This document shows positions 13,033 through 26,052 of a stretch of DNA of 64,000 nucleotides, piece after piece (position 1 is the stretch's first letter; every line of letters begins with the position of its first letter). The notes below the pieces were generated by a model. The model was not told the DNA's origin. It did no database searches and was given only the letters and a program-made list of their open reading frames with translations. The DNA comes from Octopus sinensis (taxonomy: Eukaryota): NCBI RefSeq assembly GCF_006345805.1, contig NC_043005.1, positions 95,170,001 through 95,234,000 on the forward strand. The letters run 5' to 3'. Both the position numbers and the translations under genes were made by a program.

Positions 13033-14232
13033 TTGTTTAACAAGAACAAAAAAAAAATTTCATCACAGTTTAGAGTTAAACAGCATGCACCGGTGTATAA
13101 TAATGCCCTAAGTTTAAGTGGTTTCAAGTCTAAAATATTTTATATCTTTAATACTAGACTCAAAAACAAGATGGCTGGTTTGCCAATTAAGCACATTACA
13201 ATTACTACAGATAAATACAGAGAACCCCCTAACTGCAATAATAAGAGGCCTTTGAATAGTAATATGTTTAAGGATACTTGCAATAGGTACAGGTATAAGA
13301 AAATTAATTATTTTGATAAGGAGTTGAACAAAACGGGAGGTTCACGGTCTAGGATAAGGGAAGTTGTTTGGTTCGCTCCCCCTTTCTCCCTTAGAGTAAG
13401 GAATTTACCGAAAATGTTCTTTAGAATTCTGAAGGAGAACTTCCCAAAGAATCATAAATACTATAGCATCTGAAACAGATCAACGATAAAATTCTCTTAC
13501 TCTGTAATGCCTAACTTTGCTTCCATCATTGCTTCAATCAACAGAAGCAAGCTTGCTGGGTGGAATAGCGGAAAAAGTTCCTTTGAGGATGACCAAGGAA
13601 CTGCGTATGATAATCTTGTAACGCCTAATGCCAATGCTACAAGCAGTCTACCTTTACCGGGTATATCGAACCCATGTAATAAGGGGAGATTCGATGGAAT
13701 GAATGAGGGAAACCCGTCTGAAATTGGAGATACAATAAGTAAAGGTAACAATAGGAATAAAACTAGGAAAGGCCCCGGAAAGACATGTAACTGTAGAAAA
13801 CCCGAATTATGTCCTTCGGATGGTTCCTGTCTAGTTACCAACGTAATATATAAATGTGTAGTCAAGGACGAAGATAAGCTAAATAAATTTTATATAGGTA
13901 GCACGATAGACTTTAAGGCGAGATATAGATCACATATGAGCTCTTTTGCTAGCGACAAATACTGTAACTCGACTACACTTGCATCACATATACACAACTT
14001 GAAGAAAAATAATAAGAATTATCATCTAGAATGGTCCATTATTTCTAAAATCCCAAATTTCAAGAGAAATATCAGCAAGTGTAGGCTTTGCATAAGGGAA
14101 TCACTTACCATCCTTAGGTGTTATGGACCGCACATTCTGAATAAATTTACGGACGTGATTCCCTTTTGCATCCATAAATTTTCTTCTACATTCTTAAAAG
14201 TCTATAGGAATAAAATAAGTTGTAGAAAATAA
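13033..14232 (+). pseudogene. PLE ORF fragment (GIY-YIG endonuclease) with one in-frame TGA at 13471-13473
   Basis: (13507-13033)/3 is an integer. Read-through gives HKYYSI*NRSTIKFSYSVMPNF. Confidence 0.8.
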
Positions 14233-14470
14233 ATGATTTAGCTTTTACAGGATTGAAACCACGGAGGCTCAATTTAATTCAATTTAGTTCAATTTAATTT
14301 AATTGAAGTTAATTTAATTTAATACACCCATTTTTTTTACCGCCTTATTTCTCTACTGCTTTAAAAGAAAAAAAATTTTTACTGCTTTAATTCTTTCCTT
14401 TTGGGCTTATCCGAGCATACAGCATTGTGCTAGCCTGGTACGCGATGATGTCTGTCTTTATGTATTTTTT

Positions 14471-14550
14471 TCCCCTGACGAAGGAGGTATTATCTTGATG
14501 CACCCTAGTGCTTTAAACATAATAATACTCCCTTGAAATGGCTATAGGGA
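14471..14550 (+). ncRNA. Type I hammerhead ribozyme at the PLE 3' end
   Basis: tccc-CTGACGA-aggaggtattat...ataatactccctt-GAAA-tggcta-TA-ggga; cleavage triplet AUA. Confidence 0.75.
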
Positions 14551-14668
14551 TAAGTAAATATGGTTTCCTTTTTAACTTCTCTTACTTGAATAATAATTTT
14601 ATAAGATTTCTAAACGATGAACTTTTATTTTATTTACATGATATATATTATATATTTTTTTATATGCT

Positions 14669-14703
<35 letters not shown>

Positions 14704-14705
<2 letters not shown>

Positions 14706-15744
14706 ATAAAACGGTAAGATAACAAAAGAAAGAAAGATTATGTAAATAGAGGAAATTTATCTATACAATATGTTACATTACTCGGTAGTCAAGATAAAAC
14801 TCTTAGTTTCAGATGCCGAAGTGGAAATCCACAACACCATCTCTTCGGTTATCTGGCTATTTGAAAACGTTATGAAAAAATACCGTTAAATAAAGGGAAA
14901 TTACTCTGTTATAACTCTGCTTGCCTGCGTACTTATACATCGCTCGCATTTTTCGTCATAAAAATTATATAAAAATACATAAAAAATATATAAAAAATAT
15001 ATAAAAATATGTAAAAATATATAAATTCTTCTTGGGACATAACATAGAAAGCATGTTCTATCTGTTTTCTTTAGGGGACCAAAAACGTAACAGAAATTTA
15101 GTCACATGTGGGCATGATCCGAAAAGCTCTGTCCTTGTATTTAGACATGTAGTAGGGTCTAAGCTGCTTTTCCAGATAAGCCATCTCTCCATGTCGCATA
15201 GACCGCACCTTCCGCTGCCGTTAGTATAGGGCTTACATCTGGCCAAAATCTTTCGTTGTATGTTATAATCGACACCTTTATCTCTTAAAGACCAAATATG
15301 ATTAGACAATTGTGTCGCTTTTCTTTTGTTCCAGTGCCTAAAGCTCAAAGTGTGGTTATTGAACCTGGCCTTGAAATTACCCTCTGTAAGGCCCACGTAT
15401 TTCTTCGTCGAAACGGTGTCTTTAGTGGTTATAGAGTTTATGGTAGCTTCATATATGATGGTCTTGGACATGCTTTCTATGTTATGTCCCAAGAAGAATT
15501 TATATATTTTTATATATTTTTTATATATTTTTTATGTATTTTTATATAATTTTTATGACGAAAAATGCGAGCGATGTATAAGTACGCAGGCAAGCAGAGT
15601 TATAACAGAGTAATTTCCCTTTATTTAACGGTATTTTTTCATAACGTTTTCAAATAGCCAGATAACCGAAGAGATGGTGTTGTGGATTTCCACTTCGGCA
15701 TCTGAAACTCAGAGTTTTATCTTGACTACCGAGTAATGTAACGT

Positions 15745-15752
<8 letters not shown>
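14704..15752 (-). mobile_element. Truncated PLE: GIY-YIG fragment flanked by ~290-bp inverted pseudo-LTR copies
   Basis: Minus ORF 15058-15492 reads IIY...KYVGLTEGNFKARFNNH...CGLCDME...LNTRTE..CPH. Arms 14762-15056 and 15468-15752 are near-perfect reverse complements. (TA)n lies on both sides. Confidence 0.85.
15660..15722 (+). ncRNA. Hammerhead-like motif with a variant core (mirror copy on the minus strand at 14792-14854)
   Basis: agataa-CCGAAGA-gatg...catct-GAAA-ctcagag-TT-ttatct. 6-bp stem I, U4C substitution, GUU triplet. Confidence 0.5.
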
Positions 15753-15782
<30 letters not shown>

Positions 15783-15783
<1 letters not shown>

Positions 15784-16276
15784 TAGCAGTATCGCCCGGC
15801 GTTGCTCGGGTTTGTAAGGGAAATAACTATATAAGCATTTTTAGATGCCAATTCGGGCTTTCTTAGCCATTTTTGTTTTGGTGTCTTCAAGCCATGAAGT
15901 CGTTGTTCTAAAAGAACGCTGGTCTCCTTCACAACGCATTACGACGTTGATTTCTTTACACTCCCTTCCCCATAGCTTCACGAGGGAGGGAAGGGGGAGA
16001 AGCAAACAGGTGCAGCTGTGAGCGTGGACGCCAACTCCGCCGCCATCGACACACGATGCATTTTATGCATTAAAATGGAATAAAAAAATGATGTTAAATT
16101 ATTTTTAAAATCGTAGACTCATCGTTGACGCGCGCTAATAGTCAGACGGGCTCGATATGAATCACGACTATAAGATACCCGAATTTGGTTAAACTGCACC
16201 GCAAAATGTGGGAGGAGTTAGGAATCTAAATCGAAGGGGACAGACACTCACACAACTAGAGTTTTATATATATAGA
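15783..16276 (-). mobile_element. Non-autonomous Helitron
   Basis: On the minus strand: TC start, cccgagcaacgccggg hairpin and CTAG end, matching the termini of 4999-5391. Confidence 0.75.
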
Positions 16277-16646
16277 TATATATTATATATTTTTATATAC
16301 CTATATATTTTTATATATTACTTTATATTATATTTTTACTTTCTAGGTGTTGTAATGTTTTTTTTTATAAAAAAATGTATTAACTCTAAACTGTGATGAA
16401 AAAATTTTTTTTTCTCGCACCTTATTATTATTATATGCTTATATGCTTGTACAGATGAATTATGTTCCATCTTGCGGGATGTTTATATGTATATTCTATG
16501 ATTAAATGTTCGAATTATGAAATGCTATGCGGATGACCTTGCATTTGTTTGTTCAATAACTTTAGTTTGATATATTTGTCTCTTTCAATAGAGCACTTCT
16601 ATAGCAGTCCTATTAATTTTTTTGTTCCTGACAATCACTGTTTTAT

Positions 16647-16695
<49 letters not shown>

Positions 16696-16729
16696 CATAT
16701 ATATATTGTGTATAAAATCTTTAAATCTT

Positions 16730-17420
16730 TAAAATGTTTCAGCTTCGAAGCTGCGGTCATGCTGGAGCACCACCGTTGACTGAGTTACACCATTATTTGA
16801 AACCTCTGATATCTGGCATTTAGTCAACGAGGAAGCTTGATGCCGCTGCCCTCATCTGTGTTTCCTGCCGTAAGGTAGGCTCATCTGGAACCCTTGACAA
16901 GAAGAGATCCAGTTTTATTTTAAAGACATTTACATCCACACCATGCTAGTCTCTCAGGCATTTGGGAAGGTTATTGAAGAGCTGTGGGCCCTTGAAGCCT
17001 TAGCTGTTGCAGTATCTGATCCTATATTTTGATGGCGATGCTGGGATCTTTGGCACTATGCAGTGGCGCCCCGTCCTGCAGTTTGAGTAACTTTCAATGC
17101 CAAAGTTTGGTACAAGGCCTTCTAGGATTTTCTAGATGTATATCACCGCATAACTTTCCCGCCTTCGTTCTAGGGAGAAGAGTTTTAATTCTTTCACTCT
17201 TTCCCAATAACTGATACGATGCATCGAGACGATTTTCTTAGTGTAGCTTCGATGGGTTGCTTCGAGTTAGCCCGTGGATTTTATTATTTCTTTACAGCCC
17301 ACAAAGTTACAGGTAAAGTGGTAAAGAATTCTGCTGGTTTGTTCACTTGCCTGTGTCCTAGCGGTGCAGTGAACACACTTTAGAACTCTTCGTTCAGTAT
17401 TTCACTTATCCTCATGGGGT
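16730..17420 (-). mobile_element. CR1/L2-type LINE 3' fragment
   Basis: Minus translation VNVFKIKLDLFLSRVPDEPTLRQETQMRAAASS. Its 3' UTR gtgctccagcatgaccgcagcttcgaagctgaaac is homologous to 40185-40420. Confidence 0.7.
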
Positions 17421-19363
17421 TTTCTGTGAGGGAGTCATCATGTGTGTGTGTCTGTGTATGTCCCACACCACCGTTGACAACCGGTGTTGGTGTGCTTATG
17501 TCCGCGTAATATAGCGGTTCAGCAGAAGAGATCGATAGAATAAGTACCAGGCGTTAAAAAAATGCGGTGCTCCAGCATGGCCGCAGTTAAAATGACTGAT
17601 AAAAGAATATAGATACCGGACAGTAGTAGTAGTCCTTTCTATTATATGCACAAAGCCTAAAATTTGGGGGGGGGGTGAGGAGGATAACCGATTGCATCGA
17701 CTTCAATGCTCGACTGGTACTTATTTTATCAGCCGAGGTCGACTGTGCCTTTCATTCTTTCGGGGCCGATAAAATAAGTATCATTTGAACACTGTGATCG
17801 ATATAATGGATTTACCTCTCGTCCGAAATTACTGGCCTTGCGTCAAAATTTGAGCCCTAGGTCTTATAAAACCGGTTACCTAGTTTTGCATGCATAAAAT
17901 TGACCGCGATCATAAAATTCCCCCGAAACAGGACGCATGATTATTCATTTACAGCTGAGTGGATTGGGGCAACGTGAAATGAAGTGTTTTGGCCATGAAC
18001 ATAACGCACCGTCAGGCCCAGGGTACCAGAGTACAATAACCTAACCACTAGGTCACACTGGGTCACTGGGCAGGCTGAATTTCGACACCCTTACATGCAT
18101 GATTAAAAAGAAAAAAAACTTTTTGACAAGGATTAAAGCCTGAAAATATAAGTAACGTGTTTACTATCATTTATTAAATGTTATAAAGCATTTTATTTTA
18201 TTTATTATTTTCATATTCTTTTGTTTATATCTCTGGGAATATCCCAAATATAAAACGTGACGTCATCATTACGTGACAGCCCCGAGCAATTGCCTTTAGT
18301 CATCCCTCATAAACTATAGAGAAAGGCATGAACATCATTTGACCACATATTAGTTTTTACTCTAAATCTTAAATTTGAGGATGATTTTTTTTTCGTTAAG
18401 CAAGAATTCACTAAAGTGAGAAGAATAAATCAATTCCAAGCATTAAGTAAGAGATCTGGTTTTTCTCAAATTTTATTGGTAAACTCGTAAAAGCGAAATG
18501 GAAATAAACATAACGTCATAAGTACTATTAGTAGGAGTAACTGTTGCCAGAATTCCAGTCTACATATTTTAACCTTAACATTCATCGCTCATTAAAATCT
18601 GTTGCTAACTACTTTCGCGGTCAGCAGTAAGATAGATTTGAAAATAGAGAGTCCAGCATCTGGTGTTGTCGTTCCAGGAAGCACTGCGGTAGACTGTTGG
18701 TTTATAATCAGCATTAGATTGATGGAAGTTTGCCTAATAGATAGAATAGTGCAATGTAGGGAAAGAAATGAAAGTACCGCAGTAAATGATTAGTTTAAAC
18801 GAGGCAGCTGATACAGAGAGAATAATCGATATTGGATTACAATCGGGTTTTTTTTTTCTATAAAATTTATTGCTAATAGGAATATATATTAACAAAATAT
18901 ACTAACAAAATAGAGCAACGGAATCAACAGAATCGTTTATGTTGTTGCACCCCGCTCGTTTCTTGAAAGATCTCTCTTTCTAACCTCGTTTTAATTTCTT
19001 TCCTTCTCTGTTCGATATGTTGCAAACACTGTAGCTATGTAGAGAGAAGGAGATGTACTTCTGTTGAAAAGCAAAATAAATGTTCCGCATACCGAGGAAT
19101 TTTGTAATATAATGATCGTTGGATCAAAAGAATATGGTATAGCTTTCTATGATCCGAAATCTTAGCCAGGCAAGCTACGATCTTATAGCAAACCGAATGG
19201 GGGATGGGGTCTATTCAGAATATATTTGTGCAACCATTACTGAAATATTAGTGACCAGGGGATGAATGTACGAAGAACTATTTTAAACCAAAAACGAAAC
19301 AGAAGAATGACTTCAATTTTATAGTGAAATATAATTCTACCAATATGATTTTACAAACAAATA

Positions 19364-19592
19364 AGGCAATGAACTGGCAGAATTGTTAGCACAACCGGCA
19401 AAATACTTAGCAGTATTTCGTCCGTCCTTACATTCTGAGTTCAAATTCCGCCGAGGTCCATTTTCTTTTTCATGCCTTTCGGGCGTCGATAAAATAAGTA
19501 GCAGTTGAGCACTGGCATCGATGTCATAGACTTACCACCATCCCCTACCTACACACACACAAATTTGCGGTCATGTGCCAAAATTTGAAACT
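19364..19592 (+). mobile_element. Meta-domain-like SINE (family C), degraded
   Basis: aaggcaatgaactggcagaa...gagttcaaattccgccgaggtc...cctttcgggcgtcgataaaataagta. Confidence 0.7.
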
Positions 19593-20065
19593 GATATGAT
19601 TTTCTAAAAATGCAATACTGATGCGACATGTCACTGAAACCCACTCGGAATGTTTATGTTCCTTGATCGACAACTTTCCTGTTCCACAAGGAATTTAATC
19701 CATTTCGTATTGTCTTACAAAGACCGAACCACTTTTAACCCACACGTGATTCCCATCTGTACCAATCCGGTCTCATACTAAATTCAGCTTTATACCATGA
19801 CAATTGTACTTCACGCCAGTATTAATTTATATGGTAGCATGCCACTTGCAGGGCTGGTTTATTTTAGAGGTAAAAATGCTGCTTGGGATTCTGTACAATT
19901 GTCTAATCATCTCTTTTACGATTAAGAGTTAACATTCCACTAGTGTAAACATCTTTCATTCTTCTACGATCGATACTCTACTATTAGTTATATAGGTTCA
20001 ATGGACTAAACTCGCTCCTCAAAATGCTTGTTCTTATATATATATATATATATATACATCCACTG

Positions 20066-20280
20066 TACGAGGCGGGGCTGAAAAGTTCCTGGCTTTAAGA
20101 ATATCGAAAAAGGCCTGATTCGAGGCCCAACCTTCTGAGTTCTTTTACAGGGTTTTAAAAAAACGAAGGGCCGCTGCAATAAGTGTGTGAATCTGAAAGG
20201 GAAATACGCTGAATAAAATCAAGATTAACTGATCCTCCTGTATTTTCTGTAACACAAAGCCACAAATATTTTAGCAACCA
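20066..20280. mobile_element. Mariner-derived MITE (second copy at ~47627-47853)
   Basis: tacgaggcggggctgaaaagttcctggcttt terminus; the internal sequence closely matches 47650-47850. Confidence 0.6.
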
Positions 20281-22630
20281 AAATACCTCGACCGTGTCCT
20301 TGCCCCCCTAGTGACGTCTCTTCCCTCTCACATCCACGACACCAACCGTGCTCTCCGGCCTTTCAACTCTTTCTCCTTTCCTCCCGGCTCCTCGAAACTC
20401 CTCTTTACAATGGACATCCAGAGCCTCTATACCGTCATCCCTCACCACGATGAACTGCGGGCACTTCAACACTTTCTCGACCTCCGCCCCAACCCCGAAC
20501 CCGACACCTCCACACTCATTCGTCTGGCCGAACTTGTCCTTTCTCTTAACTGCTTCTCGTTCGCGGGCGAGTTCTACTAACAAAACTCGGGAGTGGCCAT
20601 GGGAACGCGAATGGGCCCCAACTATGCGAACCTGTTCGTTGGCTATGTTGAGGCCCAAATATTCTCTAGTTTCACTGGTCCCACGACCGAACTATACGGT
20701 TGTTACATTGACGACATTATCGGTGCCACCTCACTCTCCCGTGAACAGACTCCTTCCTCTCTTTCGTCCAATCCTTCCATCCTGCCCTCCACTTCACCTG
20801 CACTATCTCCAACACCTCTGTCTCCTTCCTCGACATTTCGGTCAGCATTCATCACTCCACTCTTACCACCTCCATTCACTACAAACACACAGACTCACAC
20901 TCATACCTAAACTTCTCTTCCTCCTACCCCAAACACACCAAGCTTTCCATCCCCTATTCCCAATTCCTCCGTCTACGTAGGCTCTGTAGTGACGACCAAG
21001 ACTTTGAGATTCAGTCTCAACTCATGGCTCGCCACTTCATCAAACGTGGATACCCCCTCACCACTATCCATACCGCCCTTGCCAGAGCACATTCCGTAGA
21101 CCGTGTATCTATCTGCTCTCTCCCCCCGAACCCGCCCTGCAGTCTCCCACCTCCCTTTTCTCCTCACTTACCACCCCACCACCCTACCTCTCCAACGCAC
21201 CATTCTTCGAGCTTTCCGGCATCTCCAGTCTGACCCGTCCACTTCACACCTCTTCCCTAACCGACCCCTCCCCTCCTTCAAACGAGCCCATAACCTACGA
21301 GACCTCTTGGTCCACAGCTTCTTCCCTGACCCTACCTTCCAACCTGGCTCGTTCCCCTGCTCCCGCCCACGTTGCCGCACTTGCCCTCACTTCTCCAACA
21401 CCACCCTCTTCACCGGCACCCATCATCGACCCTATCGCATCATCGACTCCTTCACCTGCACCTCCAGCAATATCATCTATATCACCTGCTCTCTCTGCCA
21501 TTCCCTGTACATCGGACAAACGGGGCGCCGCTTGGCTGACCGGTTCGCGGAACACCTCCGAGACATCCGCCTCGCCAATGTCACACCAGTCTCACGCCAT
21601 TTCCGCTCCACCGGTCACTCCTTGTAACACCTGTCTGTGTTCGGATTGTCCTTGCACAGAGGTCATCCGGATTCCCGCTTGCGCCGTGAACAGGGATTAA
21701 TCTTCTCTCTTCGCTCTTTTACACCATTTGGGCTCAACTCTCCCCCCTTTTCATCTAACCTCCCCCCGACTCCTACTTCTCTTCAGTCCTTTATCTTTTC
21801 ACCCCTACTCTATTTCCCTCCTCTTTCCTTCTTTCCCTTCTTTCCCTTCTTCCCTCTTCTTCTCTCTTCTTCCCTCTTCCCCTTCTCTCTTTCTCTCTGC
21901 TCCCTCACTCCCCTTCTCTCCCCTCTCCATCCCTCTCTCCAACCCCTCATCCCCTCCCCTCCTCCTTCTCCTCCTCTCTCCCCTCCCCTCTCTTCTCTCC
22001 CTCTCTCCCCTCCCCCAACCCCCAGCCGAACCCACACCCCACCTGGGCTTTCCCCACTCTCGCCCCCACTTCCCCACAACATCACACAACACTACACTAC
22101 ACCATACCACATTACACATCACATCACAACGCACCACCCACAGCACACCGCCCACACACCCATCCCCACATCTTTACACCTACACATACATACACATATC
22201 ACATCACAACACACCACCCACACACCCATCCCCATATCTCCACACCCACACATACATACATACACACGTCCAGACCACCAGCCCGCTTTCACACGCACAT
22301 ACATACTCTCTTATACTCTCTTGTGTTGGGGGCACCTTCGTTTTGGAAGTCACTTGACCCTGTTATCTCCCCTACTGTCCCTCTAGCGTCTGACCTCTGA
22401 CCTCTGCCCGAAGTCAGAACGTCATGATAGATCGTTTGCTCCTACACGCATTTTTTTCTCTCCTTGTTTCTCTCGTTTTTTTTTCTGTGTATCTTTCTGT
22501 GGAAGAGCGTAGGCTCGAAACGTAAAAGACTTGTTCTATTTCTATTCCTGAGCGCCATACTAATACATTTGTTTGTTTGTACTCCACCTGCCTTCGTCTT
22601 TTGTTTATTTTTGTAAACCTTCCCGTTATA
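20281..22630 (+). mobile_element. Neptune-like Penelope element (RT + zinc linker + GIY-YIG), disrupted
   Basis: Motifs: LFTMDIQSLYTVIPH, GVAMGTRMGPNYANLFVG, YIDD, FLDI..YKHTDSHSYL, FPCSRPRCRTC, NIIY..C..C..LYIGQTGRRLADRFAEH. Stop at 20578 plus frameshifts. CT-rich 3' UTR, minimal HHR at 22492, ends at (TA)n. Confidence 0.9.
22492..22529 (+). ncRNA. Minimal hammerhead-like motif (A6U core variant)
   Basis: tcttt-CTGTGGA-A-gagc(gtag)gctc-GAAA-cg-TA-aaaga. Homologue on the minus strand at 47396-47429. Confidence 0.6.
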
Positions 22631-22709
<79 letters not shown>

Positions 22710-23357
22710 AAAATGTAATTAAGGGTGAATCAACAAGTTGCTTCACCACATACCGAAAAATTACAATAGCAGCCAAAAGACAGCTCATTCCTTTTTACTA
22801 CAGATATGACTCCACAGATAACAATATTTGTAACTTACATAGGTAAAAAGAAGAAAATATAACGTTATTTTTTTCTTCTTGTTACCTATGTGAGTTATAA
22901 AAATATCTTTACATTCTAAGTACAAACACAGCAGAAGTCGATTTTGCATGCCAACTTTCTGAGTTCCCAAAAATGTAGCACTAGCCAGATACTAGGTTCA
23001 ATTTTCTCAGCTCTTTCCTTTTTCCCTCATTTTTATCGCGGAGAAATACATAATTCAAGGGCGAGGCATATTGATCGAATCCACATTACTAGTACAAATA
23101 CATCGACCTCCGAAGGGACAAACCAAAGCCAACCTCGTGGGATAGAACATAAAGTCAACCCCTACTAGACATGAGTATAGAGAGGCGTAAACTAAACTGT
23201 AAAACATATAGATCGGTGCTGCATCGTTGCTGCTATTCCTCCGACGTCCTATAAAAAAATACAGACCAACTGCCTCTACTTTGCTGCAATAACTGTTTCT
23301 ATAAAAGTACACCAGTGACAATTCTTTAAATCTATTTGTGTGTATGTGTGTGTGTGC

Positions 23358-23397
<40 letters not shown>

Positions 23398-23583
23398 CAG
23401 ACAGACAGACAGACAGAACGGGAGAGAAAGAGAGCATGAATATGTATGTGTGATGAGTATATATGTCATGTGTACAGTGGGTTGTGATAGCGATAACCAG
23501 ATGAGACAACATTCGATCACAAGACTTCCCGATCATGGTTGGCCTATGGGACAAAGCAACAATAACCAGCACTGGCTACAACG

Positions 23584-23672
<89 letters not shown>

Positions 23673-23831
23673 TGTTGTTGTAGTCTTATTGGAATCTCAT
23701 CAATAAAGTTGTAGCATATTGTCTATCCATCTCTTTGTCAATCTTTCTCTTTCTCACTTTTCCCACACACGCATGCACGCACGCACATATGCAGCTTTCT
23801 CTTCAGGAAAATCCAGGAACTTAATTCCTGG

Positions 23832-23917
23832 ATTTTCCTGAAGAGAAAGCTGCATAATGGACTCCTTATTCACTCGGAATTAGGGACTTTGCAGACTTCG
23901 AAACATATGTCGAAAAT
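23832..23917 (+). ncRNA. Type I hammerhead ribozyme, canonical core
   Basis: attttc-CTGAAGA-gaaagctgca...tgcagacttc-GAAA-catatg-TC-gaaaat. Palindromic stem III CATATG; GUC triplet. Confidence 0.85.
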
Positions 23918-23976
23918 GAAATAAGGGAATTTTGTTAAATCTTCGTTCAGCTCCATTCTTTCCTATACTTTATATA

Positions 23977-24012
<36 letters not shown>

Positions 24013-24061
24013 TCTATGTGTATGTATACACACATATACATACATATACACATACATATAC

Positions 24062-24108
<47 letters not shown>

Positions 24109-24189
24109 CTCACATAGAGAGATTGATATATATATGTATGACACACATATACACGCATATAGATAATACACAGATACGCATATACTCAC

Positions 24190-24285
<96 letters not shown>

Positions 24286-24588
24286 CGTATTTCCGAGTTC
24301 ATCAATATTTATAATCATATCTATTTCCATAAACATGTTCGCCAATCCTCCGGAGACAGCACCGTATGTTGTTTGTTTAATTTGTTTTACTTTTTAATGG
24401 ATGACTAAATTGAAGATTGCAGACGACAGCCGATATAGGTCATTTCTATGGCGACTGGTGCTCATTTGCCTGCAAAGTATATACTGCCAGTTTCCATGTT
24501 GGAACAAACAGAGCGACAATCTAGCGCGTCATTGATAACTGGTGTATCCGTAAATGTCACTGTGTTTAAGTGCGGATGAGTTGGATGA

Positions 24589-24662
<74 letters not shown>

Positions 24663-25134
24663 CGTGTGCTTAGATATTTGCATTTTGGTATAGCACTGCG
24701 CTTGAACGCCTGCATGGATGTGTATACATGTACGTCTAAGTAAGCATGCGTGGACATGTTTGCGCAATGTATTTTTCAATATGCATGTCAATCTTCTCGT
24801 GACTGTTTGTATATAAACGCATTATAAGAGATGCATATGTTGTGCAAATGGTTACACAATATATCTTTGCGGAAATATGCGTGTGTAAATACGTGAATAT
24901 GTTACATTTATGTGCATCTTGCATACAAATGTTTATACAAGATGGGTGTATGTATGTGTTTTATGTGTACGTATGCGCATGTATTCGTTACATGTGTGTG
25001 AGGGAGAATATATTGGACTGCCAAGCGTATAACACGTACAAAAATGCGCTGGTTTACGTATGTATTCACGTTTCTGCAAATAGGCGTGCGCATGTGTATG
25101 CAAATGTTTATGTATAGGTCATTATGCAAATGTG

Positions 25135-25445
25135 GGAGGCGCAATGGCCCAGTGGTTAGGGCAACGGACTCGCGGTCGGAGGATTGCGGTTTCGATTCCC
25201 AGACCGGGCGGTGTGTGTGTTTATTGAGCGAAAACACCTAAAGCTCCACGAGGCTCCAGCAGTGGGTGGTGGCGACCCCTGTTCTCTTTCGCCCCGACTT
25301 TCTCTCACTCTTTCTTCCTGTTTCTTGAGTAACGCTGCGATGGACTGGCGTTCCGTCCAGCTGGGGGGAACATATACGCCATAGAAACCGGGAAACCGGG
25401 CCCATGAGTCTGGCTAGGCTTGAAAAGGGCGCATAAATAAAAAAA
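25135..25445 (+). mobile_element. Full-length tRNA-head SINE (family B), tail variant 2, with TSD
   Basis: A box tggcccagtgg, B box gtttcgattcc, A-rich tail. The target-site duplication attatgcaaatgt occurs at 25121 and 25446. Confidence 0.85.
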
Positions 25446-26052
25446 ATTATGCAAATGTGTATGTATAAGTATGCGTGCATTTGTATTTGTGAGTATATTT
25501 GTGTTAGCTGACATGTGTTAGCATATGTATTTTGTCAGTATAGACGTACGTGTACACAAGTCCAGGTTCTGTATTAAGCGCATGTATGCGTGAGTATATT
25601 CTTCTTTTCGATTGTTCATAATCACCAAATGAAGAAGAAGCAACCAAGGAGCAAAGGTACCATCACAAGAATTCAGGCATCAACATCAGTGCAGGTTGTA
25701 TGCTATATTTTGGAAAAAATGTTACATATTTCCACTGTTCTACACATATGCTGAATGTGAAGTACACTTTTTACGACCAAAGTCACAGGAGAAAGTGCAT
25801 CGGAAAAAGTGCAGCACCTATGACATTTTCTAGAGTTTTCAAAACCTGTGGAAATGTGGAAGCCATTCTTTGATAAGAGACCTGACTAAACACTAGCAAC
25901 GGCGCGGGTTCCGCTAAATGCACACAAGATCCCGGTGGTGATATTAAATTGGACGATAAATTATGTCTACCTGCCACCGAACAACTGTGAAGCGCTCCTC
26001 CAACGAAGTTTACGGAGGGAACTAGTATATTTGTAAAGTATTCCAATACTGT

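Larger units (their letters stand above)
12900..14670 (+). mobile_element. Penelope-like element 3' part (thumb/linker, CxCx5C motif, GIY-YIG, HHR-bearing 3' end)
   Basis: ORFs 13033-13473 and 13507-14232 are in one frame separated by one TGA. Motifs: VVWFAPPFS, CNCRKPELC, VIY...YIGST..FKARY..H, CRLC..E, LNK, CIH. HHR at 14471; the element ends in (TA)n. Confidence 0.85.

Noticed and set aside
16445-16535. CAGATGA...GAAATGCTA HHR-like motif
   Set aside because: The core is mutated and the stems are weak in very AT-rich sequence, so a chance match is likely.
18258-18265. TGACGTCA (CRE) site as a promoter
   Set aside because: An 8-mer is expected by chance in 64 kb, and there is no supporting TSS evidence.
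21637-22386. 249-aa and 209-aa Pro/Ser/Leu/His-rich ORFs
   Set aside because: CT- and CA-rich 3' region of the Neptune-like PLE; stop-poor because of its composition.
25135-25210. tRNA gene
   Set aside because: A and B boxes are present but continue into a SINE body with an A-rich tail and a TSD.
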